Below, piece after piece: positions 18,315-29,139 of a DNA stretch of 64,000 nt (positions are counted from its first letter, which is position 1; every line of letters starts with the position of its first letter). Under the pieces are notes generated by a model. That model was not told the origin of the DNA. It ran no database searches and was given only the letters and a program-made list of their open reading frames with translations. The position numbers and the translations under genes are program-made. Origin of the DNA: an archaeon. Its GTDB lineage: Archaea > Undinarchaeota > Undinarchaeia > Undinarchaeales > JBDRKL01. The stretch spans positions 17,751-81,750 of the forward strand of contig JBDRKL010000009.1 in NCBI GenBank assembly GCA_043814055.1, in the 5' to 3' direction.

Positions 18315-18910
18315 TCACCTCTTCGCTCTTTCTTTTTTGGCTTTGGCGCTTCTTCAGTTGTTGAGCTTTCCTCGCTTCCGAAAAAGCCTCCAATATTAAC
18401 TGGCTCGTCAGGCTTTGTGGAGCGCATGAAATCTGGAACATAGTCCGCGCTTGAGCTGGTTGAGCTTTCGTAAGAACGAGGACTCTCGTCAGAGTCAGAT
18501 GACCGCTCTCTGAGAACCTCAGGATACTTTATCGCGAGTATGCGTATTGCAAGATACGCTGCGTTCTTGCCGTTGTCAATGCCTACTGTTGCAGTCGGGA
18601 CACCTGGAGGCATTTGAACAATTGACAAAAGCGCGTCAAGCCCGCCGAGCTTGGAATCAACAGGCACTCCGATTACAGGCTTCGCGGTCATTGAAGCAAC
18701 AACACCCGGCAACGCAGCTGCGAGGCCAGCGATGCATATGAAAACATCAGACTCAGCGCTTCGCACAATATCCTTGACCTTATCTGGGTTGCGGTGCGCG
18801 GACGCGACCTGAAGGTCGTAGGGGATTGAATACTTCTCAAGAACCTCAACAGCTTTGTCAGCGATGTGCTTGTCGCTTTCAGAGCCCATTAGGATTGTTA
18901 CGTGTTTCAT
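18305..18910 (-). CDS. purE: N5-CAIR mutase/AIR carboxylase with disordered C-terminal tail
   Basis: [29 protein letters not shown]. Confidence 0.95.
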   Translation of the reverse strand: MKHVTILMGSESDKHIADKAVEVLEKYSIPYDLQVASAHRNPDKVKDIVRSAESDVFICIAGLAAALPGVVASMTAKPVIGVPVDSKLGGLDALLSIVQMPPGVPTATVGIDNGKNAAYLAIRILAIKYPEVLRERSSDSDESPRSYESSTSSSADYVPDFMRSTKPDEPVNIGGFFGSEESSTTEEAPKPKKKERRGDWF

Positions 18911-18941
18911 AGGTTAGTCTATGCCTCCGTACTTATTAATA

Positions 18942-20264
18942 TTATCCACGCAGCTCTTTCATATGGTCAATGCGCTTCTGCACCAGCTCTGGCTTGCCAA
19001 TGTCAGGCCTGTAGAACAATTTGTCGCACTGCACGGATGAGATTGCAGACTCTGCGATTTTCTCAGCTTCTTCAATCGTGTCTGCGAAGCCTGTGATTCC
19101 AAATGAGCGCGATGTGCTTGTGTAAAGCTCGCCATCTTTCAGGTCAACTGAGGCGTAGTAGAGCTTTGCGCCGAGCCGCGTGATTTCTTCCTCGTCAATT
19201 GAGACCTTTGCGCCTGACTCAGGGCTCTCAGGGTAGCCTGTTGGGACAAGGTACTTGCAGACCGAGGCAAGATTTTCAAACTCAATAACTTTTGGCAAAC
19301 TACCCTCAAGCATTGACTGGCACAGGAAGCTGAAATCGGTCTTGAGTAATGGGAGAATGTTCATCGCTTCCGGGTCGCCGAAGCGCACGTTGTATTCAAT
19401 AATTTTTGGTCCGTCCTTTGTGAGCATAAACTGCCCGTAGAGAACGCCCTTGTAAATTGTTCCGGTTCTTTTCTTCAGCGCAGCGATTGTGCGCTTCATA
19501 ATGTCAAGCGCTTCGTCAACATCTTTCTGCTCAAGAAAAGGCAATAGGTGATTTGCGTCAGAGTATGAGCCCATTCCGCCTGTCATCGGTCCTGTGTCGC
19601 CCTCGTGCGCCTGCTTGTGGTCCTGCACAAGTGGAAGCGGAACAACTTCTGTGCCGTCTGTGAAAACATGGAGCGTGAACTCCTCCCCAACGAGTTTTTC
19701 CTCAATTACCACAACGCCTGAGCCGCCAATTTGGTTCTCAACAACCTCAAGCGCGTAGTCCCGCGCCTCATACAAGTCCCTGAGCTGCTGACCCATGACC
19801 TTGACGCCCTTGCCGCCGGTGAGCCCTGCGGGCTTGATGACTATTTCTGTGTCAAATTCCTGAATCGCTTTGAGAACATCCTCGCGGTTGGAGCACACGC
19901 GGAACTTGGGGTAGCCGCCGTCAAGATGCTCCTGCATCAGGTCGCGGCAGAACGCCTTGTCAGACTCAAGCCGGGCTGCAGCGCTTGTCGGACCAACCAC
20001 GCCAAAGCCGTTCTTCTGCAATTCATCCCCAACGCCTTTAGCAAGCGGGTCCTCAGGGCCGATGAAAATGTAGTCAGGCTTCACGTGGAGCGCGTATTTC
20101 AAAACTGCTTTTGAATTATTAATGTCGCCGAGTTCGTGACCTTTTGCAAGCGCCATTATGCCAGGGTTGCGGGCCTTCATAAACGCGTAGAGCTCTGAGC
20201 CCTTTGCCATCTGCTCAGCAAGCGCGTGTTCACGCGCTCCGTTGCCTATTAGGAGGGATTTCAA
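18942..20264 (-). CDS. purD: Phosphoribosylamine-glycine ligase
   Basis: GNGAREHAL, GGKGV, QDHK, GPMTGGMG, RFGDPE; TTG start. Confidence 0.97.
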   Translation of the reverse strand: MKSLLIGNGAREHALAEQMAKGSELYAFMKARNPGIMALAKGHELGDINNSKAVLKYALHVKPDYIFIGPEDPLAKGVGDELQKNGFGVVGPTSAAARLESDKAFCRDLMQEHLDGGYPKFRVCSNREDVLKAIQEFDTEIVIKPAGLTGGKGVKVMGQQLRDLYEARDYALEVVENQIGGSGVVVIEEKLVGEEFTLHVFTDGTEVVPLPLVQDHKQAHEGDTGPMTGGMGSYSDANHLLPFLEQKDVDEALDIMKRTIAALKKRTGTIYKGVLYGQFMLTKDGPKIIEYNVRFGDPEAMNILPLLKTDFSFLCQSMLEGSLPKVIEFENLASVCKYLVPTGYPESPESGAKVSIDEEEITRLGAKLYYASVDLKDGELYTSTSRSFGITGFADTIEEAEKIAESAISSVQCDKLFYRPDIGKPELVQKRIDHMKELRG

Positions 20265-20335
20265 AGCTTCACCGCCCTTAACAGCTTTGAAATAAACGCG
20301 AAGCTGTATAACAAATTTCTTGCTTTGCGTTTCAC
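20261..20335 (-). promoter_or_regulatory. Bridging mini-ORF/hairpin cassette C (24 codons) between purF and purD
   Basis: GTG 1 nt after the purF stop; TGA overlaps the purD TTG; ATTTCAAAGCT/AGCTTTGAAAT 11-bp inverted repeat covers the start codon. Confidence 0.62.
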
Positions 20336-20336
20336 T

Positions 20337-21782
20337 TCAATTGTCCTCCCCGCGCTCGCACTTCCTGCACTTGTCAAGAAGGTCTGCGTATTTTTTAATA
20401 TCAGTTGGGTATTCCCCGTTTAGGCAGGCAAGGCAGAGGTTTTCCTTTGGCATTCCGGTTGACTCCACGAGGCCGTCAATTGTCTGGTAAGTGAGGGAGT
20501 CTGCTCCGATTTTCTTTGCGATTTCATCAACCGACAGCCCAGAAGCTATGAGCTCATCCTTAGTTGGGAAGTCAACGCCGTAGTAGCACGGCTCTGTGAG
20601 CGGCGGGCAGGAGCTGAGGAAGTGTACTTCCTTTGCGCCGACTTCGCGGAGCATTTGGATTATGCGCTTTGAAGTTGTGCCGCGGACAATGCTGTCGTCA
20701 ACGAGCGCAACGCGCTTCCCGCTGATTTCTTTGATTACAGGATTGAGCTTTGTGCGCACAGCGCTTTCCCTGTTTTTCTGAGTAGGCATTAAGAATGTTC
20801 TCCCCACGTAGCGGTTCTTGATAAGGCCTTCGCGATATGGGACTCCGATTTCAGTTGCAAAAGTTAGCGCAGCTGTTCGGGAAGTGTCTGGCGCAGGTAT
20901 TACAACATCAACTTCAATCTTCTTTTTCATCCACTCCTTGGCAAGCATCCTGCCGAGCTCAAGCCGAGCTTCGTAAACGCCGTGCTTTTCTATAACAGAG
21001 TCAGGCCGTGCGAAGTAGACCCATTCAAACATGCAGTGCCTGCGCTGTTCTTTTTTTATGCTTTTTGTAGTGACTACTCCGTCCTTGGAAATGAACACTG
21101 CTTCGCCGGGCTCTAAATCTTTAACAACCTTGTAGCCGAGTACGTCAAGCACAACGGTTTCGGATGCAAATATGTGTTGATCTTTTCCATCAACCACGCG
21201 CTTGCCCCAGATGATTGGCCTTATGCCGTGCGGGTCGCGGAAAGCGAGCAGGCCTTCGCGCGCGATAAGCGTTACTACAGAATAGCTACCGTTCAGGCGC
21301 TCCATTGTTTTTGAAATTGCGTCAAATATGATTTCAGGGTTGAGGCCGTTGCCGTTTGCTTTTGAAAGCTCGGTCGCGAAGAGCTTGAGTATGAGTTCAG
21401 CATCGCAGTTAGTGCGTATCTGCCTGTGGCACTCACCCATCAGGTGCTTGCGGAGCTCGTCGTAGTTCACTGTGTTTCCGTTGTGCGCCATCCCAATGCC
21501 ATATGGGTAGCCGGTCTGGATTGGCTGGGCGTCCCTGCGCACGTCAGAGCCGATGGTGGGGTAGCGCACGTGGCCGATGCCAATATTGCCTTTGAGTTCG
21601 TGCAGGTTCACGCTGTTGAAGCATTCTGATACAAGCCCTGGGCCTTTCTTCATGTGAAGCGCATCACCATCAAAAGTTAGAATTCCACAGCCATCCTGCC
21701 CGCGGTGCTGTATCTGCAGCAATCCATTGAATAGCTCAAATGCAACATTTTCCGGGCCAATGATTCCTATAAATCCGCACAT
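20337..21782 (-). CDS. purF: Amidophosphoribosyltransferase
   Basis: MCG N-terminus, QHRGQD, VDDSIVRGTTS, Fe-S cysteines (CLAC). Confidence 0.98.
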   Translation of the reverse strand: MCGFIGIIGPENVAFELFNGLLQIQHRGQDGCGILTFDGDALHMKKGPGLVSECFNSVNLHELKGNIGIGHVRYPTIGSDVRRDAQPIQTGYPYGIGMAHNGNTVNYDELRKHLMGECHRQIRTNCDAELILKLFATELSKANGNGLNPEIIFDAISKTMERLNGSYSVVTLIAREGLLAFRDPHGIRPIIWGKRVVDGKDQHIFASETVVLDVLGYKVVKDLEPGEAVFISKDGVVTTKSIKKEQRRHCMFEWVYFARPDSVIEKHGVYEARLELGRMLAKEWMKKKIEVDVVIPAPDTSRTAALTFATEIGVPYREGLIKNRYVGRTFLMPTQKNRESAVRTKLNPVIKEISGKRVALVDDSIVRGTTSKRIIQMLREVGAKEVHFLSSCPPLTEPCYYGVDFPTKDELIASGLSVDEIAKKIGADSLTYQTIDGLVESTGMPKENLCLACLNGEYPTDIKKYADLLDKCRKCERGEDN

Positions 21783-21827
21783 GCCATTTCTCCGTGTTGT
21801 ATTTTGATTCGTGGGTTATATATGTTG

Positions 21828-22604
21828 TTATAATAATTGTTTTTCAGCATACTCAACCGCATTCTTGAATATTTTAATTCCTTCAGGCTCTTTAACATCC
21901 TCGCGGGTCCACCTTGGGTGGTTGGTCCTGTGGATGAACGCTTCAGGGTGCGGCATAAGACCAAAGATTCTTCCTGATTTGCCGCAGAAACCTGCAATTC
22001 CATCTACTGAGCCGTTCGGATTAAATGGATAAGGAGGATTTAGGTTTCCTTCTGAATCTGTGTAGCGCATCACGAGCTGCTTGTTCTTCTGCATTTCTTT
22101 GAGCACTGAATCGTCTTTTGGAACGAATTTGCCTTCGCCGTGCCTCACTGGGAGATACATTTTTTCAATTCCTTTTGTCCAGATGCACGGCGAGTCCTGC
22201 TCAACTTTCAGATAGGTCCAGCGGTCTTCAAGCCGCGCAGAATCGTTGTGCGTCAAGGTGAAAGATTGCTCGTCAGGAGTTGGGAGAAGCGGGTATTTCA
22301 TAAGCACTTGGAAGCCGTTGCAGATTCCGATTATGAGCTTCTGGTCAGAAACGAACTGCTGAATCTGCTCATCCAGGTTGTTCTTCATCTTGAGCATCAG
22401 CACTTTGCCGCCGCCGAGGTTGTCCGCGAATGAGAACCCACCGGGCAGTGCGAGGATTTGGTAGTCCTCAAGCTTCTTCGCGCCGTTGATTAATTCATTA
22501 ATGTGAACTTTTTCAGCTTCAGCACCGGCTAGCTCAAACACGTGCTGCGTTTCGTAGTCGCAGTTTATTCCATAGCCGGTTAGGATGAGTGCTTTAACGT
22601 CCAT
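21828..22604 (-). CDS. purQ: FGAM synthase glutaminase subunit
   Basis: GYGINCD, PGGFSFAD, GICNGFQ, GLMPHPE. Confidence 0.96.
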   Translation of the reverse strand: MDVKALILTGYGINCDYETQHVFELAGAEAEKVHINELINGAKKLEDYQILALPGGFSFADNLGGGKVLMLKMKNNLDEQIQQFVSDQKLIIGICNGFQVLMKYPLLPTPDEQSFTLTHNDSARLEDRWTYLKVEQDSPCIWTKGIEKMYLPVRHGEGKFVPKDDSVLKEMQKNKQLVMRYTDSEGNLNPPYPFNPNGSVDGIAGFCGKSGRIFGLMPHPEAFIHRTNHPRWTREDVKEPEGIKIFKNAVEYAEKQLL

Positions 22605-22605
22605 T

Positions 22606-25551
22606 TTAGAATCCTCCAAACGTGCTTTGCCACGCCCCCTTGAGCTCTGCAATGCTCTTATTGATTAGTTCGTTTCCGCCCTGAGTTATTTTGAGAATTG
22701 GTTCTTTTGTTACAACCCCAACCTCTGCAAATGGAATACCTTCCATTAGTTTTTCAAACTCTGCTTTTTTCTCTGGGTTGATTGTAACCACAAACCTGCC
22801 CGGGCTTTCTGAGTATAAAATCCGGGTTTCGTCATCCATATCAGCTGGGACTTTTGCCAGGTCAATTTCCAAGCCAAGCCCGCCGCCGAACGCAACCTCT
22901 GCGAGCGAAACCGCTAAGCCGCCGAGGTAAACTCCGTGACAAGATTGAATCAAGCTGTTTGAAATTGCAGATGAAACCGCTTTGTAAGTGTCAAGCGCGA
23001 TTTCCTTGTCAAGTGTTGGAACATTTTTCCCAACTTTGTTGTGCATTTCGTAAAACTCAGAAGCTCCTAATTCATCTCGTGTTCCGCCAATCACATAAAC
23101 CAAATCACCTTGGCTTTTCGCGTCCATTGAAACGCACTTCTCAACATCCTCAACTTTCGCAATTGCAGTGAAGTGGAGAGCAGGAAGCCCTGAGACTTTG
23201 TGCATCTTGCCTTTTGAGTCTTCAATGTTGCCGTCCACGAACATGCTGTCTTTTCCAGAAATACACGGCGTGTTGAAATGAGTTGTGTAATCGTAGAGCG
23301 CTTTGTTCGCACGGACTAGCTGGGCAAGCTTGTGCTTGCCGTCAGGGTTATGCTTTTTGTCATAGATTGAGTTCGGCCAACAGAAGTTGTCGTTGAGCGC
23401 GATTTGCTCAAGTGAGCCTCCGACTGCAATTACGCGGCGGATTGCTTCATCCAAAACGCACGCAGTCATGTGATAAGCGTCAATTTTTGAATACCGCGGG
23501 TTTATGGCAGACGCAGTTGCAAGCCCTTCGTTTGAATCCAGCAGAGGTTTCACAACTGCTGCATCTCCGCGCGCATCGTTCTCCGCGCCGATGAACATCT
23601 TCAGGGCGCTGCCTGCTTGAACTTCGTGGTCGTATTGCCGCTGGATGAACTCCTTGCTCGCGATGTTCTCGCGGGCAAGCATCTTGAGAAGTGTTTCGTT
23701 GTGATCTTTTACTTTAATTTTTGGCTCAGCCTCAGATTTTGGATTGAACTCTGCCTCAAGCTCCAGTCTTGGAAAGCCGGAGTGCAGGAACTCCATATCA
23801 AGATACGCTGCTGTTTTGCCATCGTAGAGCAGGTGCAGTTTGCCAGTGCTCTTATACTCGCCAACAACAGCCATTTCAACATCATGCACTTTTGCAAGTG
23901 CCTCAAGCTCCCTGAGTTTGCCTGGCTTTGTTGCGATTATCATTCTTTCCTGTGATTCTGAAATCCAAATTTCCCACGGCGCTAAGCCGGCATATTTTGA
24001 CTTGACTTTATCCAAGTGCACTTCGCACCCGTTTGAGTAGCGCGCGGTTTCTCCAATCGCTGAAGACAAACCCCCACCGCCGCAGTCGGTTATGCAGTTG
24101 TACATTCCTTTGTCCCTTGCTTCAAGCAAAAAGTCGTGCACTTTCTTCTGCGTGTAAGGGTCTCCAATTTGCACGTGGCCTGCGGTTATTTTCTCACTCA
24201 GCTCAAGCGAGGATTCTGTAACTCCGTGTATGCCGTCCTTCCCAACTCTGCCGCCGAGAATTATTATCAAGTCGCCGTTGTCTATGCTTTTCTCGTGCGC
24301 TGGAGCTCCGTTCACTTCTTTTGGCATCATCCCGAGCGCAGTAACATAAACAAGCGGTTTTCCAATGTAAGAGTTATCAAAGAATGTCAAGCCGAAAGAA
24401 GTTGGAATTCCAGAGTTGTTACCGCCGTCTTTCACGCCTTCAATTATTCCTTCCAGCAGTCTGCGCGGTGGCATCTTCGGTTTTAAATCTCCAGTGTAAA
24501 AAGGGCTTCCTGTGCAGTAGCCGTACATTCCTGCGATGATTTTTGAGCCAAGTCCTGTGCCCATTGGATCCCTGTAAACTCCAACTATTCCAGTGAGCGC
24601 GCCGCCGTAGGGGTCCATTGCCGAAGGGCTGTTGTGCGTCTCGCACTTCACAACATAGTTCCAAGCGTCATTGAATTTTGCCACACCTGCGTTGTCCCAG
24701 AACATTGAAACAATCCAAGGCACTTTTTTCCTGATTTCCTCTGCGGATTTTTTTATGTAAGTGTCAAACAGGCTGTCAATCTGCCAGCCCTCATAGTTTA
24801 TCAAGCCGTTGAAAATTCTGTGCTTGCAGTGCTCGCTCTGGGTCTGCCCAATCATTTCAAGCTCTACATCTGTTGGTTTCTCGCTGAGTCCTGCTTTTTT
24901 TCTCGCTTCCTGCACCTCGGGTTTTTCGTAATATGATTTTACCACGTGCATGTCCGCCAAGCTTAAAGCAAGCGACCTGGACTCGCTGAGTTTTAAAAGC
25001 TCCTTGTCATTGCCAAGCTCAAGCTCTTTCACTTCTGGCTCGTGCTTGAGCTCAACTTTAGGGATTTTGAATTCCGGCTTGAACTCAGATTTTGAAAAAA
25101 TGCTCCACCGCTCAATCATGTCGTTTCCGAGCAGCTCGCCAGCGATTTGCTCAGCCTGCTTTTTCGTGATTTTGCCCTTGAGCAGGTACTGCGCCGCGGT
25201 GTAAACGTGCTCCCCGCCCTTGAGCTTGAATTTCAGAACATCTTCAATCGCTCTTGCAGCCACGTCGCCTGTGTTGTCCTTCACACCCGGCAGATAGCCA
25301 ACTTCAACAATGTAGTCCAAATCCTCTGCGAGCGAGTCGTAAGAGGAGGTTTGCGTGATTTGGTCTGTGAAAACTTCATTCTTAACTTTCTCAAGCTGCT
25401 CATCGCTCAGCACAGCATCAATCAAAAACAAGTCAATCTTCTGCACTGAGTCCAGCGCGATGCCAAAATAGTCCCTGACGCGCTTTTTGACATAGTCTCC
25501 CTTAGAGTCCGTGAACTCCGGCTTGAACATTACAGATAAGCGGTGCGCCAT
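22606..25551 (-). CDS. purL: FGAM synthase PurL with N-terminal PurS-like domains
   Basis: SEHCKH, ETHNSPS, GKDGIHG, SESQERM; ~170 extra N-terminal residues with a PurS-like VGYLPGVKDN motif. Confidence 0.95.
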   Translation of the reverse strand: MAHRLSVMFKPEFTDSKGDYVKKRVRDYFGIALDSVQKIDLFLIDAVLSDEQLEKVKNEVFTDQITQTSSYDSLAEDLDYIVEVGYLPGVKDNTGDVAARAIEDVLKFKLKGGEHVYTAAQYLLKGKITKKQAEQIAGELLGNDMIERWSIFSKSEFKPEFKIPKVELKHEPEVKELELGNDKELLKLSESRSLALSLADMHVVKSYYEKPEVQEARKKAGLSEKPTDVELEMIGQTQSEHCKHRIFNGLINYEGWQIDSLFDTYIKKSAEEIRKKVPWIVSMFWDNAGVAKFNDAWNYVVKCETHNSPSAMDPYGGALTGIVGVYRDPMGTGLGSKIIAGMYGYCTGSPFYTGDLKPKMPPRRLLEGIIEGVKDGGNNSGIPTSFGLTFFDNSYIGKPLVYVTALGMMPKEVNGAPAHEKSIDNGDLIIILGGRVGKDGIHGVTESSLELSEKITAGHVQIGDPYTQKKVHDFLLEARDKGMYNCITDCGGGGLSSAIGETARYSNGCEVHLDKVKSKYAGLAPWEIWISESQERMIIATKPGKLRELEALAKVHDVEMAVVGEYKSTGKLHLLYDGKTAAYLDMEFLHSGFPRLELEAEFNPKSEAEPKIKVKDHNETLLKMLARENIASKEFIQRQYDHEVQAGSALKMFIGAENDARGDAAVVKPLLDSNEGLATASAINPRYSKIDAYHMTACVLDEAIRRVIAVGGSLEQIALNDNFCWPNSIYDKKHNPDGKHKLAQLVRANKALYDYTTHFNTPCISGKDSMFVDGNIEDSKGKMHKVSGLPALHFTAIAKVEDVEKCVSMDAKSQGDLVYVIGGTRDELGASEFYEMHNKVGKNVPTLDKEIALDTYKAVSSAISNSLIQSCHGVYLGGLAVSLAEVAFGGGLGLEIDLAKVPADMDDETRILYSESPGRFVVTINPEKKAEFEKLMEGIPFAEVGVVTKEPILKITQGGNELINKSIAELKGAWQSTFGGF

Positions 25552-25613
25552 TCTAAAGCTTATTAGGCGCGGCAATATATAAAAACTTTGAGGATGAAAA
25601 GAATAAATTAATT

Positions 25614-26369
25614 ATGAACGAACACAGTAAAAAATTCTGTGCATTTGAGCATGAAAGGTATGGGCATATTTTTAACGGGTACTGCATGCGGCCGAACTCG
25701 CCAGCAACAAAACTAAGAGCTGATATAGGCGAGATTAGGGTTGTGGGAACTGACTTTAAAGTACTACAGGAATTTCTGCTGAAACATGGAACCCGCTATT
25801 ACCCTAAGGGTCTGCTGGGGAATGACTGGATTGGGGACATTAACATTTTATGGTTTTACGAAGCTGTGAATGCTGAAAGCGGCTACAGGAAAGAGCTGGA
25901 TAGAAAGGTAATAAGCGCGCTTGGGGATGAAAGAAAAACACTGGCTGAGATAAGCAAGGAATTGGAACTGCAGACGAGAGCTACATGGGATTGCATGCGC
26001 GAAGCTTTAAGAATAAATATCATAGTAAAAGAGCACGATACAATAAAAGGGACTGTCTACAGAGTTAATTATGAATTCTTAAAGGCAGTGCTGGAGTATC
26101 ACAATAGCCATGCTGAGCGCTTTGTTAAAATCATGGAAGCAGCCCTGAAAGATGACATGGAAAAAAGAAAGATTGGAAGTTTGCAGGGCTTGGCAATAAA
26201 ATCCAATATTATAAGAGATAAATATGAAAACGCAGAGAGAATCACAATGCACGTCAAGACCAATACGAGGAAGCATAAAAGGAAATTAGAGCTAAAGATT
26301 GCATTTTTTGCAAACCCGATACTGGTAAATCTGGATGAGGGGGGAATACCCTTGGAAAAATTGGAATAA
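25614..26369 (+). CDS. Hypothetical protein, possible central winged HTH
   Basis: 251-aa ORF; KTLAEISKELEL...VYRVN resembles a wHTH. Confidence 0.5.
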   Translation: MNEHSKKFCAFEHERYGHIFNGYCMRPNSPATKLRADIGEIRVVGTDFKVLQEFLLKHGTRYYPKGLLGNDWIGDINILWFYEAVNAESGYRKELDRKVISALGDERKTLAEISKELELQTRATWDCMREALRINIIVKEHDTIKGTVYRVNYEFLKAVLEYHNSHAERFVKIMEAALKDDMEKRKIGSLQGLAIKSNIIRDKYENAERITMHVKTNTRKHKRKLELKIAFFANPILVNLDEGGIPLEKLE

Positions 26370-27968
26370 TCAACCCAAACACGCTTTAATGAAACTCTTA
26401 AACAGCGGCGCCGGCTTCTCAACCCTAGACTTGAACTCCGGGTGGAACTGCGACGCGATGAAGAACGGATGCTCTTTCTTTGGCAGTTCAAGTATCTCCA
26501 TTATTTCACCATCCGGCGACCTGCCTGAGAATACCAATCCTGCTTTCTCCAGAGTCTTGACATACTTTGGATTGAACTCATACCGGTGCCTGTGCCTCTC
26601 GTCAATCCTGTCCTTGTTGTAAATTGAATGCGCGAGTGTTCCTTTCTTCAGCCTGCACGGCCACGTGCCCAATCTCATTGTCGCGCCCATATCAATTCCC
26701 TTGTATTGCGTGGGCAGGATGAATATGACCGGGTGCTTTGTTTTTGGATCAACTTCAGTGCTGTTCGCTCCTTTCAACCCAGCGGCATCTCTTGCAAACC
26801 CCACACTCGCCAATTGGAACCCATAGCACAACCCGAGGAATGGAATCTTGTTCTTCCTTGCGTAGTTAATCGCTGCGATTTTGCCCTCTACCCCGCGACC
26901 GCCGAACCCGCCAGGCACAATTAAACCGTCAATATCATCAAGAACCTTAAGCTTTTTTGGGTCATTCTCAAAGTCAGTCATCTCAAGCCATTTTATCTCA
27001 ACCTTGCAGTTGTTCGCGCCTGCCGCGTGCTTGAGCGACTCGGTTATGCTCACATAAGAATCGTTAAGCGCGGTGTATTTGCCTGCCATTGCGATTTTCA
27101 CAGTTTTCTTCGCGTTGTTCATATCCTGCACGACTTTCTTCCAGCTCTTGAAATCATTCTTTCGTTTCTTCAAACCCAGCTTCTTCAGGATTTTTTCCCC
27201 GATTCGTTCTTCCTGCAGGACAAGCGGGACCTCATACAGGTTTGAAACATCCGGGTCTGAGATTATGTATTTCTCGTCAACATTGCAGAACAGGGAAATT
27301 TTCTCCTTGGTCTTCTTTAACAGCTTGTTCGGCGAGCGCGCCAGTATGAAATCCGGCTGTACCCCGGCTTCCTGCAGTCTTTGAATTGAGTGCTGTGTCG
27401 GCTTGGTCTTCTGCTCCCCGACAACTGAAATCTCCGGCACAAGCGTTACGTGGAGAAACAGGACATTCTCAGGCCCTGCCTCCCTGTGCAACTGCCTCGC
27501 TGCCTCCAGAAATGGCATGCTCTCTATGTCCCCGACTGTTCCGCCAATTTCAACTATCACAAAATCCGTGCCTTTTGAAACTGCTTTTATCTGATTCTTG
27601 ATTTCGTCTATGACGTGCGGGATAATTTGAACGGTTTTTCCAAGGTAGTCGCCCTTGCGCTCCTTGTCAATAACGGCCTTGTAAACCTTGCCGGTCGTTA
27701 TGTTATTTTTCCGCTCCAGATTCAAGTTTAAGAACCGCTCGTAATTGCCAAGGTCCATGTCCACTTCGCCGCCATCGTCCAAAACGAAGACCTCGCCGTG
27801 CTCAAATGGATTCATTGTGCCGGCGTCAACATTCAAGTAGGGGTCAACCTTGACCATATTAACCTTAAAACCGTAGCACTGCAGAATCTTGCCAATAGAA
27901 GAAGATACGATGCCCTTGCCTAATCCTGAAAGAACTCCACCTGTTGTGATTATGTACTTGGTTTGCAT
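26370..27968 (-). CDS. pyrG: CTP synthase
   Basis: [43 protein letters not shown]. Confidence 0.98.
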   Translation of the reverse strand: MQTKYIITTGGVLSGLGKGIVSSSIGKILQCYGFKVNMVKVDPYLNVDAGTMNPFEHGEVFVLDDGGEVDMDLGNYERFLNLNLERKNNITTGKVYKAVIDKERKGDYLGKTVQIIPHVIDEIKNQIKAVSKGTDFVIVEIGGTVGDIESMPFLEAARQLHREAGPENVLFLHVTLVPEISVVGEQKTKPTQHSIQRLQEAGVQPDFILARSPNKLLKKTKEKISLFCNVDEKYIISDPDVSNLYEVPLVLQEERIGEKILKKLGLKKRKNDFKSWKKVVQDMNNAKKTVKIAMAGKYTALNDSYVSITESLKHAAGANNCKVEIKWLEMTDFENDPKKLKVLDDIDGLIVPGGFGGRGVEGKIAAINYARKNKIPFLGLCYGFQLASVGFARDAAGLKGANSTEVDPKTKHPVIFILPTQYKGIDMGATMRLGTWPCRLKKGTLAHSIYNKDRIDERHRHRYEFNPKYVKTLEKAGLVFSGRSPDGEIMEILELPKKEHPFFIASQFHPEFKSRVEKPAPLFKSFIKACLG

Positions 27969-28008
27969 AATTATTGATGGTCGAGGTTATATAAAAGGAT
28001 TTCTTTGA

Positions 28009-28065
28009 GATAGGGGCTTCGCCGAAGGTGAATGCCCCAGCTTTACCTCCGCAAGCAGGCGGAGA
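28009..28065 (+). repeat. REP-like double-hairpin element, copy 3 (intergenic)
   Basis: GGGGCTTCGCC-GAA-GGTGAATGCCCC plus CTCCGC-AAGCAG-GCGGAG. Confidence 0.85.
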
Positions 28066-28075
28066 TATAAAAGAC

Positions 28076-28405
28076 TTACTCAGCCCTTATGAACGCGCAG
28101 CTCGTGGTGACCTCAACAAAGTGGTGCGTTTCGCCGTTTATGAAAGACTCGCACTGGTTCTCAGCCAAGTCATCAACTGCCTGCCGCGGTGAGTGCGCGA
28201 TGTCGCAGACCCAGTCCTCAGCAATTTCCTGGTTTAAACATGGTCCTGCCTCGGTTAAAGTGCCGTCAGCCATTGAGCGAATGCACGCGGTTATGCAGAA
28301 CTGCTTGGCGTCTTCAACTGGCGCGGGAATTTTTTCCTTAGCGCTGATGCAGCCGCTCATAAGAATTACAAGAATAAGAACAATTGCAAATGTCTTAAGC
28401 TTCAT
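28076..28405 (-). CDS. Cys-rich lipoprotein
   Basis: Lipobox-like LMSGC; GPCL...WVCDIAH.PR...NQC motif. Confidence 0.75.
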   Translation of the reverse strand: MKLKTFAIVLILVILMSGCISAKEKIPAPVEDAKQFCITACIRSMADGTLTEAGPCLNQEIAEDWVCDIAHSPRQAVDDLAENQCESFINGETHHFVEVTTSCAFIRAE

Positions 28406-28441
28406 GATTGCACAAAGGGCTCTGCGTTTATAAGGGTTACG

Positions 28442-29101
28442 CTACGCTACAAATTCAAGCAGTTTTGGGGCGAGCAGAATCGCAAAATAATAATTTATAA
28501 CAAAGCAGGTCATGTTTGAGACTCCGACTTTTATAGGGGGTATTTGACCCACTATCAAAAGAGCCATTTTCATAGAACGGCCTGCTGCAAATGCAATCAT
28601 GTAAACCAGCAGAAAATTTGCAAGCACAAAATTCATGCCAAAGAATGACAAGAACACCCAAAGAACCGTGGACGATGTCATTAAATTAAGAAAATTTGAC
28701 AAGTTGTGAAGGAAGCTCTTCTCAATAAATGCATCCAGTGGGGTTTCATATAATTCAAGGAGGAATGTAACCATTGCTGCAGCAAGCGCAGTGATAAACC
28801 CCACAGTTGGACCAAAGGTTATAGTTATCACAAACAGCATGAGAAATGCCATTTCCAAACCGTTTCTATTCATTTGCGCCGCGCTTGAAAACGCAAATAT
28901 AGGGAACAATAAGAACAGCATTAGATAGGAAGGTCCGCTTGAAGGGCTGGAAATACCTGAAGTGAAGAGACCAAGCAAGATTAAAAACGTAAGAACTCCA
29001 AGCAAGATGATAATAAGGAGAATAGCCCATGCTGGAAGTCTGAAAATGAGGTCCTTGACCTTCTGAAATGGACCAGATCGCTTTCCATAGGTCATGAACA
29101 A
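28442..29101 (-). CDS. Polytopic membrane protein
   Basis: About six hydrophobic helices; FGPTVG motif reminiscent of ECF S-components. Confidence 0.6.
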   Translation of the reverse strand: MFMTYGKRSGPFQKVKDLIFRLPAWAILLIIILLGVLTFLILLGLFTSGISSPSSGPSYLMLFLLFPIFAFSSAAQMNRNGLEMAFLMLFVITITFGPTVGFITALAAAMVTFLLELYETPLDAFIEKSFLHNLSNFLNLMTSSTVLWVFLSFFGMNFVLANFLLVYMIAFAAGRSMKMALLIVGQIPPIKVGVSNMTCFVINYYFAILLAPKLLEFVA

Positions 29102-29139
29102 CTAATAGATTAAGAGTTTAATAAGCTATTGCATATAGG

